64,000 nt of DNA from Phyllobates terribilis (Eukaryota): assembly GCF_046119375.1 (NCBI RefSeq), contig NW_027362764.1, positions 78,368,001 through 78,432,000 on the forward strand, written 5' to 3'. The first letter of the stretch is position 1; each line of letters starts with the position of its first letter. The notes under the pieces were generated by a model. That model was not told the origin of the DNA, made no database searches, and worked only from the letters and a program-made list of their open reading frames with translations. The position numbers and the translations under genes are program-made. Below, one piece after another: positions 12,811 through 24,703 of the stretch.

Positions 12811-13226
12811 AAGGGAATCTGTCAACAGGTTTTTGCTATTTAGTCTGAAAGCACCATAATATAGAGGCAGAGAGCCTGATTCCAGCGATGTATCACTTAT
12901 TAGGCTGTGTGCTGTTGTTTCAATACAGTGTTTTATCAGCAGGACTAGGTGTTGTGTGTCAGTCAGTCCAGCTGATATGTGTAACCCCGCCCACACCACT
13001 GATTGACAGCTTGCTGACAATGTACACAGGAAGCTGCCAATCAGGGGTGTGGGCGGGGTTGTGCAGAGCTCAGCATTTGTAGCGCTGCTGCATCTCCAGC
13101 AGAAAAAACAGGGATTCTATCAAAACTGCACCAAGCAACCCAACAAATGATACATCACTGGAATCAGGGTCTCTGTCACCACATCATCATCAGATTACAT
13201 AACAAAAACCTGTTGACAGATTCCTT
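12811..13226. mobile_element. TTAA-flanked T2/Kolobok-type MITE
   Basis: ttaa|aagggaatctgtcaacagg...cctgttgacagattcctt|ttaa. Related to 30576-31101. Confidence 0.85.
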
Positions 13227-13509
13227 TTAAAGGAAGTCTATAAGCAGAAAATGACTGTTCCAACCAAGTACAGTACAGGCACATGGTACACCACCGTTGT
13301 GGCCGCCATCTCCACTTCTTGTTTTCTATCTTTCTCCAGCCTCCTCATCCTTGATTTACAGCTCTCGCTTTACTTGAGGCAGGGAGGGCGAAGATGGATT
13401 GAAAACAAGTAGGTGGGAAGGTGCACCGAATTGCTCGGTCATGCCAATTGTGCACTGAGCATCTGTCCTTGGTTTGAATAGATATTTTGTACTGACAGAT
13501 TGCATTTAA

Positions 13510-13830
13510 CCCCTTAGCGCTCCATGACGTACCATTACCCAGTCGCAAGGAGATTAAGCTTTGCTATGGCAGGCGGGGGCTGGCTGAACACCCCGGGCCT
13601 ATCATGTGATCTCCTCTGTGGCGTCTAGCTTGTGGGTAGGTGTCGTAGAAGACTCTGATTTTCACTGTATACAGCAATGATATGGTATTGATGTATATAT
13701 AGTGCAGGCAATAGATGATCTCAGGTTCAAGTCCCCTAAGGGGACAAAGAAAGAAAGTAGTAAAAAGAAAAACAAAGTTTTAAAAAATCGAAAAATTAAA
13801 ATCAGTTAAATGTCACATGAAAAAAATGCT
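13510..13830. mobile_element. Terminal fragment of a piggyBac-type non-autonomous element
   Basis: ttaa|ccccttag... terminus resembling the reverse complement of the end at 19478. Confidence 0.45.
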
Positions 13831-14978
13831 ATTAACATGCATATATGGGGTTAATCTGCAGGTTAATAGTGTTCTGAACCTGCCTGGTGCCGGCACTGAT
13901 ACCCCTGCTGGAACTTTATTAATACCAATAGTGTTTGGGTTTCAGCCACAGGGGCGGCTCAGGTGTATAAAGAGTGGCGGCTGTAGCCACACCCCCAGCA
14001 CTGACTGACAGCCGGCCCTAATGCTGAGCTACTGTCTGTCAGTGCCGGGGGCGTGGTTACAGCAGCTGCTCTCTATACACTGCGTTGACATTATTTTACC
14101 CCTTTACAACCCAAGGTGGTTTGCCCGTTAATGACCAGGCCAATTTTTACAATTCTGACCACGGTCACTTTATGAGGTAATTACTCTGGAACGCTTCAAC
14201 GGATCCCCCTGATTCTGAGAATGTTTTTTCGTGACATATTGTACTTCATGGTTGTGTTAACATTTCTTCGATATCACTTGCGTTTATTTGTGAAAAAAAC
14301 GGAAATTTGGCGAAAATGTAGAAAATTTTGCAATTTTCAAAATTTGAATTTTTATGCCCTTAAATCAGAGAGATATGTCACACAAAATAGTTAATAAATA
14401 GCATTTCCCACATGTCTACTTTACATCAGCACAATTTTGGAACCAAATTTTTTTTTTTATTAGGGAGCTATAAAAAAATTGAAGGTTAAAAGTTGCCCAG
14501 TCATTTCTCATTTTTCCAACAAAATTTATGAAATCATTTTTTTAGGGACCACATCACATTTGAAGTCACTTTGAGGGGTCTATATGACAGAATATACCCA
14601 AAAGTGACACCATTCTAAAAACTGCACCCCTCAAGGTGCTCAAAACCACATTCAAGAACTTTATTAACCCTTCAGGTGCTTCACAGGAATTTTTGGAGTG
14701 TGGAAGAAAAAAATTAACATTTAACTTTTTTCACAAAAATGTTACTTTAGACCCATTTTTTTTATTTTCACAGGGGTAACAGGAAAAAATGGACCCTAAA
14801 TTTGTTCTGCAATTTCCCCTGAGCACGCAGATACCCCATATGTGGGGAAAAACAACTGTTTGGGCACACGGCAGGGTTCGGAAGGGAAGGAGCGCCATTT
14901 GACTTTTTGAATGTAAAATTTGCTTGAATAATTAGCGGACGCCATGTTGCGTTTGGAGAGTCCCTGATGTGCCTAAAC

Positions 14979-16419
14979 CAGAGGTCCCCAACCGCCGGTC
15001 CGCGGACCAGGACCGGGCCGTTGGGGTTTTTCAGCCGGTCCGCGGGGAGAGGGGGCCCCTCCAGCCTCCAGCAGGGCCGCCATCAGGGCATGACTGCCCT
15101 GACTCCAGTATGGGGCCCGGCCGGTAGGAGCCCCCTCGGAGCCCCCCTCTTGTGCGTCTCTCTCCTCATGGGGCCCCCGGCCCCATGCTAAGCGCCGGGT
15201 CCGGGACATCTTAGCGCTGCGCTGCTGCGGCAGCACCTTCATGATTCCCCTGACTTCCGGTCATGTGACGGCGCCGTCACATGGCCGGAAGTCAGGAGAA
15301 CCTGGTGTCAGCGATTTGGACGAGCGCCAGGATTCTGCAGGGATCGCATGGGGGTAAGTATAACAAGTTTTATTTTTTTTTAAATACAATTAACTAGGAG
15401 TGGGGGGAATGGGAGATGCACATGGGGGGAGGGGAGAGATGAGAGATGCACATGGGGGAGGGGAGAGATGAGAGATCCACATGGGGGGGAGGGGAGAGAT
15501 GAGAGATGCACATGGGGGAGGGGAGAGATGAGAGATCCACATGGGGGGGAGGGGAGAGATGAGAGATGCACATGGGGGAGGGGAGAGATGAGAGATCCAC
15601 ATGGGGGGAGGGGAGAGATGAGAGATGCACATGGGGGAGGGGAGAGATGAGAGATGCACATGGGGAGGGGAGAGATGAGAGATGCACATGGGAGGGAGGG
15701 GAGAGATGAGAGATGCACGGGGGGGTGAGAGATGCACGGGGGGGTGAGAGATGCACGGGGGGGATGAGAGATGCACGGGGGGTGGATGAGAGATGCACGG
15801 GGGGTGAGAGATGCACGGGGGGGATGAGAGATGCACGGGGGGTGGATGAGAGATGCACGGGGGGGTGAGAGATGCACGGGGGGGATGAGATATGCACGGA
15901 GGGGATGAGAGATGCACGGGGGGTGGATGAGAGATGCACGGGGGGTGGATGAGAGATGCACGGAGGGGGATGAGAGATGCACGGAGGGGGATGAGAGATG
16001 CACGGGGGTGAGCTGCACATGGGGGGGGTGAGAGATGCACATGGGGGGGTTATGTTTACATAACTTTGTTGCCTTATGAAGGGCGGGGGGGGCCCCCAAA
16101 AATTTCTTGCACAGGGGCCCACTACAGTCTGTGTCCGCCCCTGGGATGAAGTAAATGCAGCTGAACAGCAGCTGTCAGGACAGCTGCCCTGTCCTGCTGC
16201 AGGGCGTGATGGGGCCTCAGTGATGCGGCTCCTGGCACAGCACATTATGTGGGGCTCCTGGCGGGGACCTGGTCTACACTATATGATAAGTATGCACTAA
16301 ACTCCAAATCGCCCCCATATGACCAAAGCCCCACCCACCCCACCCCCTCCTTGCTGGGCCATGGAAAAATGATCTTGCTTCAAGCCGGTCCCTGGTGCAA
16401 AAAAGGTTGAGGACCACTG
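14979..16419. mobile_element. hAT-Charlie-type MITE (MER1-like ends) with a perfect 8-bp TSD
   Basis: TSD gcctaaac at 14971-14978 and 16420-16427. TIR cagaggtccccaacc / ggttgaggaccactg. Confidence 0.9.
15400..16045. repeat. G-rich minisatellite (~20-30-bp units, GGGG(A)GAGATGAGAGATGCAC)
   Basis: Directly visible tandem units. They produce the low-complexity HLSS/CISH/ASLI ORFs. Confidence 0.95.
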
Positions 16420-17354
16420 GCCTAAACAGTAAAAAAAAACAGCAAGTGACACCATTTTGGAAACTAGACCCCTCAGAGAACATATCTAGATGTGTGGTGA
16501 ACACCTTGAACCCCCAGGTGCTTCACAGAAGTTTAGAACATTGAGCCGTAAAAATAAAATGTTCACATTTTTTCCACAAAAATGTTTTTCAGCCCCCAAT
16601 TTTTCATTTTCATAAGGGTAACAGGAAAAATTGCACCATGGAGTTTGTTTTACAATTTCTCCTGAGTAAGCAGATACCCCATATGTGGGGGAAAACCACT
16701 GCTTGGGCCCACGGCAGGGTTCGGAAGGGAAGGAGCGCCATTTGACTTTTTGATTGTAAAATTTGCTTGAATAATTAGCGGATGCCTTGTTGCGTTTGGA
16801 GAGCCCCTGATTTGCCTAAACAGTGGAAACACCCCACAATTGACACCATTTTGGAAACTAGACCCCTCAGGGAACTTATCGAGATGTGTGGTGAGCACCT
16901 TGAACCCCCAGGTGCTTCACAGAAGTTTATAACATGGAGCTGTGAAAATAAAATTTTCACATTTTTCCCACAAAAATAATGTTTTAGCCCTAATTTTTTT
17001 ATTTGCACAAGGGTAAGATGAGAAATTGGACCCCAAAAATGTTTGTGCAATTTCTTCTGAGTACGCCAATACCCCATATGTGGGGAAAATACAGTGTTTG
17101 GGCGCATGGCTGAGTTCAGAAGGGAAGGAGCACTGTGTGACTTTTTGAACGCAAAATTGGCTGGAGTTGAGAGAGAAAGCATTTGGAGAGCCCCTGATGT
17201 GCCTAAATAATGGAAATGCCCCCACAACTGACCCAATTTTGGAAACTACACCCCTCAAGGATTTTATCAAGGGGTATAGTGAACATTTTGAACCCAGAGG
17301 TATGACACAGAATTAGATAACATTAGGTCATCATATTGAATAAGTTGTCATTAG

Positions 17355-17452
17355 TAGGGTTGGGGTTGGGGTTAGGGTTAGGGTTGGGCTAGGGTTAAGG
17401 TTGGGGTTGTATTAGAGTTGGGGTTGTACTAGGGTTGGGTTTAGGGTTGGGA
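17355..17452 (+). repeat. Degenerate telomere-like (TTAGGG/TTGGGG/CTAGGG)n
   Basis: gggttggggttggggttagggttagggttgggctaggg... Confidence 0.9.
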
Positions 17453-17494
17453 TTTTTTTCAAAAGTAAAAAAAAAATGATGACGATATAGCGAC

Positions 17495-17758
17495 TAGTGT
17501 TGAGCGCCAGTGTTCGCTACTTGAGTTTGCATTGGGTACTCGGGTATACACCATGTATCATGCATGCTCGAGTGACATGCTCGAGTCCCCGCCCGCATGT
17601 TTCACACTCGTGAATGGCAGACAATCCCTGCAAAGTTTTTTTGACTGCGAAGCATATGGGGCGGAGACTCGAGCATGTCACTCGAGCACCCGCGATACTC
17701 AGTGCATACCCGAGCACCCGATGCAAACTCAAGTAGCGAGCACTTGCGCTCAACACTA
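17495..17758. mobile_element. Palindromic hAT MITE (TAGTGTTGAGCG termini)
   Basis: tagtgttgagcg...cgctcaacacta with long internal inverted symmetry (gctcgagtgacatgctcgagtc / gactcgagcatgtcactcgagc). Confidence 0.85.
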
Positions 17759-17805
17759 GTCACCATATCGTCATCATTTTTTTTTTACTTTTGAAAAAAA
17801 TCCCA

Positions 17806-18008
17806 ACCCTAATACAACCCCAACCTTAACCCTAGCCCAACCCTAACCCTAACCCCAACCCCAACCCTAACCCTAGCCCAACCCTAACCCCAACCCTAAC
17901 CCCAACCTTAACCCTAGCCCAAGCCCAACCCTAACCCTAGCCCAACCCTAACCCCAACCCCAACCCTAACCCTAGCCCAACCCTAACCCTAGTACAACCC
18001 TAACCCTA
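17806..18008 (-). repeat. Degenerate telomere-like (CCCTAA/CCCCAA/CCCTAG)n
   Basis: aaccctaaccctagcccaaccctaac... Confidence 0.9.
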
Positions 18009-19482
18009 AAGTTTATTTTTTACGCCGTTCCTCGTGCGGTATAAGTGATTAGACGACTTTATTCTTTGGGTCGGTGCGATTACAGCAATACCAGAATCAT
18101 ATCGGGTTTTTATGATTGACAGCTGTCACACACTAAAAGATGCATTTTTTGTAAAACCTAGTTTTTGCATCAAAATATTTTGAGAGCTATAGTTTTTCCA
18201 TATTTTGTCCGACAGAGTCATGTGATGGCTTGTTTTTTGTGGAATGAGTTTACGTTTTTATTGGTACCATTTTTAGGCACGTGACATTTTTTGATCGCTT
18301 TCTATTCCGATTTCTTGGAGGCAGAATAAACAAAAACCAACAATTCAGGAATTGTTTTTTTTTTTTAAAAAATTTATGCTGTTCCGCGTGTGGTAAAATT
18401 GATAAGGTAGCTTTATTCTTCGGGTCAGTGGTACCACATTTATACAGTTTTTCTATGTTTTGGCGCTTTTACACAATAAAAGCTATTTTATAGAAAAAGT
18501 ATTTTTTTGCATAGCTTTATTCTGAAAGCAATAACTTTTTTATTTTTCGACTGATGGAGCTGTATGGCAGCTTGTTTTTTTCAGGGCAAGATGACATTTT
18601 CAGCGGTACCATTTTTATTTATATTCATCTTTTTGATCGCGTGTTATTCCATTTTTTGTTTGGCGGTATGATGATAAAGCATTGTTTTTTGCTTCATTTT
18701 TTTTTTTTTTTTTTTTTTTTACTGTATTCACTAAAGGAGTTAACTAGTGGGACAGTTTTATAGGTCAGGTCGTTCCGGACGTGGTGATACCAAATATGTG
18801 TACTTTTATTGTTTTTTTCATAATAATATTTATTGATGGGTACATTATATTTTTATTTTTGGTGGAATATTGTTTTGATTTTTTTTTTATATTTTTACAA
18901 TTTTTTTTTTTCATCTTTTAACACTTTTTTTACTTTTATACTTTGTCCCACTATGGGATTTTCACTTTTTTTACTCTGATCGCCTGTATAGCATAGGAAT
19001 GGAGCACCATCCCTGTGCTATATAGGCTGTCAGCGCTGCAGATGCAGAAGATGTCAGCACTGCAGATGCAGAAGTTACTTTGGTCATGCACTGCACATGA
19101 CTAAAGTATCTTCCTGCTGTCTGGTGATCCGGATGTTGTCATGACAACATCAGGTCGTCATGGCAACATCCGGGAAGCTGCGGCAGACAGCGTTGGACGC
19201 CGGCAGGAGAGGTGAGTATCGCGATCACCTCCCCTTGCCCCGCAATGCTGCGATCGACTTCGATTGCAGCATTGCGGGGGTTAATGTGCTGGGAGCAGTG
19301 CGGGACCGCTCCCAGCACATAGCACCGGGTGTCAGCTGTGACAATCAGCTGACACCCGGCGGCGATCGCGCCCACACAGTCTGTGTGCGGGCGAAATCAA
19401 CAGGGCGTACTAATACGTACCTGGCTTTTAAGGCCCAGGGCGCAGGTACGTATTAGTATGCCTTGGACTTTTAAGGGGTTAA

Positions 19483-19904
19483 AGGAGTTTTCCCACGAAT
19501 GAGTGTTCATTTTAATCAATAGATCTTGAAATAATAATAACTTCCACAATTGGATGTGATTAAATAAAATGTTCCTGTGCTGAGATAATCTTATAAATGT
19601 GCCCCTGCTGTGTACTGTGTAATGGCTGTGTCTGACCGTACAGGAACATGGTCTGATCATACCACAGCTCCTGGGCAGGGGAGGAAGCAAAAGAGTATAC
19701 AGACAGGACAGCAGAGGATCACAGCTGATTCTGTGAGGTGAAATATTTCACTGCCTGTTTTTAAACAATGTTTTGCTTCAAAGAAAGAATCAGCTGTGAT
19801 CCCCTGCTGTAATGTCTGTATACTCTTTTGTTTCCTCCCCTGCCCAGGAGCTGTGGTATGATCAGACCATGTTCCTGCATGCTCAGACACAGACATTACA
19901 CCCT
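19483..19904. mobile_element. TTAA-flanked T2/Kolobok-type MITE with a long internal inverted repeat
   Basis: ttaa|aggagttttccc...acaccct|ttaa. Arms 19626-19732 and 19786-19892 are reverse complements. Confidence 0.75.
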
Positions 19905-20251
19905 TTAAGAAACTTTTATGTTGGCAATGTAGTACCATTTAAATACCACCTCCAGTCAAACCAATGGGTTGGGCCAGAGACTTCCCCGAATTTGCCATGG
20001 TTGTTTCCGAAAAATAAAGACGTTCCTGGCAAATTTAGTTTTGTTGTCGATTATCATCACATTGATAGGCATCCTGTCAGACCCTATCTCTTGCATGGCC
20101 TAATAGAAGTACTAAAATGAAAGCCATGGGGCCAGTGTTAGGCTACAGTAACCCATTACTACCCAGATTATTGCATCACTTGCAGAAAGAAGGTGTGATG
20201 AGTGACAGAAGTGCCTTCATCTGTTAACCATATAGATCATGCGCTGTCCGT

Positions 20252-22338
20252 TGTAACATACCTGGCGGCGTCCTTGCATGGTGGTCCATCTCCCACTGTG
20301 CAAGAGCGCGCACTTGATCTCCAGTCCAGAATGTCTCTCTGGCTTCCCTCCATGCTGTCTGTTTGTGTCTGTGTCTGCTGCTTAAGGGCGGCGCCCGATC
20401 ACTTCCTGCTTTTTGTACCTGCTGTGGGTCACACCCCTTGTGCGTCCTCAGCCTATTGCTGTCTGTCACCTGGTATATAGCTCAGCTGCTCCCATCTATC
20501 CCTGCCTGAGCATAGTGTTTCTTTCAGTGTGTGCCTTCACTCTGAAGATGCCAGGTCCCGTTCTTTGTCTCCTGTCTTTCGGTATCAGTTCCCGTGTCTG
20601 AACTGAGTCCTGTCTATGTCTCCTGCCTTGCGGTATCAGTTCCCGTGTCTGAACTGAGTCCTGTCTGTGTACTCTTGCCTGCTGCCTTTCCTGGAGGCTG
20701 TATTTCCAGGCCTGTCTGAACTAGCTCCTAGCCTGTTCCTCCTGCCTTCTAGGGGCCGATTACCTAGATCCGTTCCTGTATCTTGTCTGTCCTGTCTGAA
20801 CACGCTCCTAGCCTGTTCCTCCCGCCTTCTAGGGGTTGATTACCTAGATCCGTTCCTGTATCTTGTCTGTCCTGTCTGAACACGCTCCTTGTCTGTTCGT
20901 CCCGCCTCTCTGGGGGCCGATTACCCAGACCTGCTCCTGTATCTTGTCTGTCCTGTCTGAACACGCTCCTTGCCTGTTCGTCCCGCCTCTCTGGGGGCCG
21001 TATTCCCAGACCCGCTCCTGTGTCGGTCTCGTCCGTACACTCAGTTCCAGTCTGTACTCTCTCCTATCTTTCATCTGTCTTTTCTCTATGTCCGTTCCTT
21101 TCCTTTTTCTGCAGAGTCTGAACTCGTACCTAACTCCTGCCTGTTGTCTCTGTACTCCCGTTTGTGAGTTTGTGGTCCACTCGCTACTTCACTGCAAGTA
21201 CCCTGTGGGTGTCTGGCTCTGCCTTTCCCTTCCTGTCTGTTCCGTGTGAACAGAGCCCTGTCCCCCCTACTCAGCCTTGCCTGCTCTGACTCCTTTGCTC
21301 ACTGCTCCGGCGGTTCTAGCCTGCTCTGACTCCTTTGCTCACCGCTCCGGCGGTTCTAGCCTGCTCTGACTCCTTTGCTCACCGCTCCGGCGGTTCTAGC
21401 CTGCTCTGACTCCTTTGCTCACCGCTCCGGCGGTTCTAGCCTGCTCTGACTCCTTTGCTCACCGCTCCGGCGGTTCTAGTCTGCTCTGACTCCTTTGCTT
21501 ACCGCTCCGGCGGTTCTAGCCTGCTCTGACTCCTTTGCTCGCTGCTCCGGCAGCCTTGCTCCGCTCTGACCCTTTTGCTCGCTGCTCCGGCAGTCTCGCT
21601 CCACTCTTGCTCACCGCTCCAGGCGGCCTCGTCCTGCTTTACTCTTGCTCACTGCTCCAGCAGTCTCGCTCAGCTTTGATCCTTTGTTCACCGCTCCTGG
21701 CGGCCTTGTCCTGCTCTACTCTTGCTCACCGCTCCAGGCGGCCTTGTCCTGCCCTGTTCTCGCTCACCTCTCTGGGCGGCCTCACTCTGCTGTGTTTGTC
21801 CGCCACATCTGTGGCTCTGTTCCTGAGTCCCAGTGTGTACTGGGTCCTATCCCGCCAGTGTCCCTACCTGCTAGTGCCTCCCTGTCTGCACTCTAGCTGT
21901 GCTTGCCTGTACCCCTCTGCCTGTATTGTTCCTGAGTCCCAGTGTGTACTGGGTCCTATCCCGCCTGTGTTCCTACCTGCTAGTGCCTCCCTGTCTGCAC
22001 TCTAGCTGTGCTTGCCTGTACCCCCCTGCCTGCTTACCCGCCTGCCTGCATACCAGTCGTGCCTGCCTATACCCACCAGTCTGTGTGCCAGCCTACCAGT
22101 CTGTTCCTGTATTCCCCTGTGTGGGTCAACAGCCGTGTCCGGGGTCTGTCCTGGAGTAGCACCTGGTCCCTTTGCTCGGTTCCTCCTTGGTGCACTGGCG
22201 TCGTATGCCGTCGTGCGACCCTGGTCGGATCGGGTGAATACCTAGTTAAGCCCCTCCAGGCATTCACTCTCCGGCACGGTCCAGTGGAATCACTACAATC
22301 ACACGCACACGCCGCTCAGCCCGGGCGTGTGCATAACA
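20252..22338 (+). mobile_element. Solo LTR (2087 bp) expanded by internal minisatellites, with a 5-bp TSD
   Basis: tccgt|tgtaaca...cataaca|tccgt. TATA-like ggtatatagc near 20475. Internal tandem units of ~46, 79, 40 and 109 bp. Confidence 0.85.
21279..21545. repeat. 40-bp minisatellite (~6.5 copies) inside the solo LTR
   Basis: gcctgctctgactcctttgctcaccgctccggcggttcta repeated. Confidence 0.95.
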
Positions 22339-22529
22339 TCCGTGTCCTGCGGCGTCGCAGGCCGGTTGCCGGGGAGACGGGGGGGGTGACGCACGTCCTC
22401 CCCCCGTCACTTCCTGTGACCGCCGGCTGGCTGCGCCCCGGGGCGGGACATCATGACGCGTAGCGCGTCGATTCCCTATAGTCCCTGCTCCACTCACATA
22501 TATGGCCCCTATTCTTAACTTCACATCAC

Positions 22530-22569
22530 GCCTCCTGACGAAGCCGGAAGGTGAAACGCGCGTCGAGGC
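22530..22569 (+). ncRNA. Minimal type I hammerhead ribozyme (Penelope-like element type)
   Basis: GCCUC-CUGACGA-A-GCC(GGAA)GGU-GAAA-C(GCGC)G-UC-GAGGC. Stem I GCCUC/GAGGC, intact core, palindromic short stem III, GUC cleavage triplet. Confidence 0.8.
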
Positions 22570-23324
22570 TGCATGTGGGTTTCCTTTTCCATCGGAGCAC
22601 CATGACACTAGGTAATGCTGGCAGTTTATTATTTTGGCTGGTTCCGCATTTCTAACACAGAGGGGCTTCATTTGGTCACACATATTCGGCTATGCATCAT
22701 GCTCTCATATATATTTTTTGTATTATGTTCACTTTCTGACATGATTACTAGCCGTGTGATTATAATGTAGTTTGATTTATGCCCCGCATTTATATCTTAA
22801 ATGCTCTGTCTCCAGTGGCAGGAACTCATTGTGTCTCTTTGATCCTTTGGGTACACAAGAGATCTTATCACTCCCTATTCTACTATTTTAACAGTTTTCT
22901 TCCTCTTCCAAACCTGTTTTTGACACTGTTTTTTTGTTCTTGTGATAATGTATTATTCAAAATAAAATGTATCACTTTTGCATAAACTGACTCCACAGTT
23001 TAATCAATTCCCTGCTCTTTGAGACACACTGTTGTTTATATTAGAGATTTGGGAATGATAGCTCTTTCTTGGTATAACCATATAGATGATGTGACCATTA
23101 TTGGCCTCGGCATCTAAGTGGTAAAACAGACAGGATTGTAGTCATCTTTGACCCTGTCCAACGTAACAAGACCCTAGCGATCAGTTACAGCTGTGGTCCT
23201 CCAGTGATTATATGCATTAGGCCTCTCTACACCATCCATAACACCACCTTTAAGGCAATGTGCTACCACTGTAGTGTACACACCATCTTTTAACAGTTTA
23301 GCGGAAGATAGGATGGGCTGGTGG

Positions 23325-23511
23325 CAGTGGCATAACTTGAAGCTCAGGAGCCCCAATGCAGTTCCAACGAGACCCCCAATTATTTCAAGTCTTTAATATT
23401 ATTTATATTTAATTGTCTTTTTGTATGGGCAAATGGGACTTTTGGGGCCACCTAGACTCCAGAAGTCGGGTGTGATTGCAACCCCTGCACCTATTATAGT
23501 TACGTCCCTTG
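23325..23511. mobile_element. hAT-type MITE (CAGTGGCATAACT-type ends)
   Basis: cagtggcataact ... agttacgtcccttg, an imperfect TIR. Confidence 0.5.
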
Positions 23512-24635
23512 TTGGTGGAGTTAAGGGTCTGTCCACCTGTCCAAGATCAGATGTAGATGTCCATGTGAAATTTGTGCAAATTTGACGATGGTAACGTCAA
23601 TGTACCTAGGTAATAGAGTAGGTGATTCTGCCCAGAAGACAACATTTTTTGGATCAGGCACCACAGACAAGCTCATCTTTAGCACCTTACAAGCCCTGCA
23701 TATGTTTCATGGGATCGGATTTGAAACAAAATAGATATAAAAATTCTACGTTCAGGTCCTTAGTCCACATCGCCCCTGAAAAGCGACATTTATTATTCTA
23801 TATCACCCCTATAAGATACGGAGAAACGAATGTCACAGGCAGCCACGTCTCTCTGCTTAAAGTTAAACATTGCACTTTATTTTAGGAAATCTGTCATGTA
23901 TTATCCTTTATCCTGCAAATCCAGGATTAAAGTCAGCAACCCGTCTAATCCAGGCATTTATGGGCAGAATAATTTCTGGATTTTCCAGTGTATGGAGCCC
24001 AACAGAGGCTCTCTGGTCATATTGGGAACACTATAAAGCATCTTTGTCTTTTCCAATTCATTTTATACTAGCAATTTGTTCCTTACTGTGTAAATCAATA
24101 GATTGACAGATTTCCATCATTCACAACTCATTACAGGACTGTACAGCCGGTGTCCGACCACCAGGAGCACTAAATACAACCACATTCTGCTAATCACAAC
24201 CAGCAAACACCATGAAGAAAGCAATCAGCAGAAATATAGGAATCCTTAATGACGATTGGGTAAAATAGTCAAAAACATTTAGGGTTAAATCTATGGATTT
24301 ACCCCTGTTAAAAAAATGCTAACTGCTAGGTGCACATGTATGTATGTATCTACAAATCTAAAAAATCTATCTAAATGAATGAATCTATCTACTGTAAATC
24401 TATCATCTAGCTATCTATTCTTGACCAAGGTTCGGTGTACTTGAGCTGAAATGTTTCCTTTTTCCACATGGGCCAATAAACCTGCACTTTTTGCATGATA
24501 TCATCTCTGGAGCGCTGCCTACATTTTTGGGGTTATCCTGTGCAAATTGGTTATCGACTTACAACCTGTGGGTTTGAACCTTCTGCCATTTTTATATGCT
24601 TGTGCTGCCTCATTTTCTCTGTTCTATCTCATGTT

Positions 24636-24703
24636 TATCTATCTATCTATCTATCTATCTATCTGTCTATCTATCCCATATCTATCATCTATCTATATTT
24701 TTT
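24636..24703. repeat. (TATC)n microsatellite
   Basis: Direct reading. Confidence 0.95.

Larger units (their letters stand above)
14099..19478. mobile_element. Large non-autonomous piggyBac-type element (CCCCTT...AAGGGG, TTAA site) with ~390-bp internal repeats and nested MITEs
   Basis: ttta|cccctttac... at 14099 and ...aagggg|ttaa at 19478. Repeat units gacaccattttggaaactagacccctc at ~14605, 16449, 16842 and 17230. No ORF. Confidence 0.6.

Noticed and set aside
15380-16245. Pro/His/Ser-rich ORFs of 216-283 aa
   Set aside because: These are translations of the G-rich minisatellite; all three frames are open for the same reason.
17355-18008. Ancestral telomere-telomere chromosome fusion
   Set aside because: Not supported as the main explanation. 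The repeats are short and degenerate, are separated by unique arms and a MITE, and lie inside a transposon. Kept as a fold-back finding.
21535-22463. Leu/Ser/Cys-rich ORFs
   Set aside because: Low-complexity pyrimidine-rich LTR minisatellites with no domain signature.
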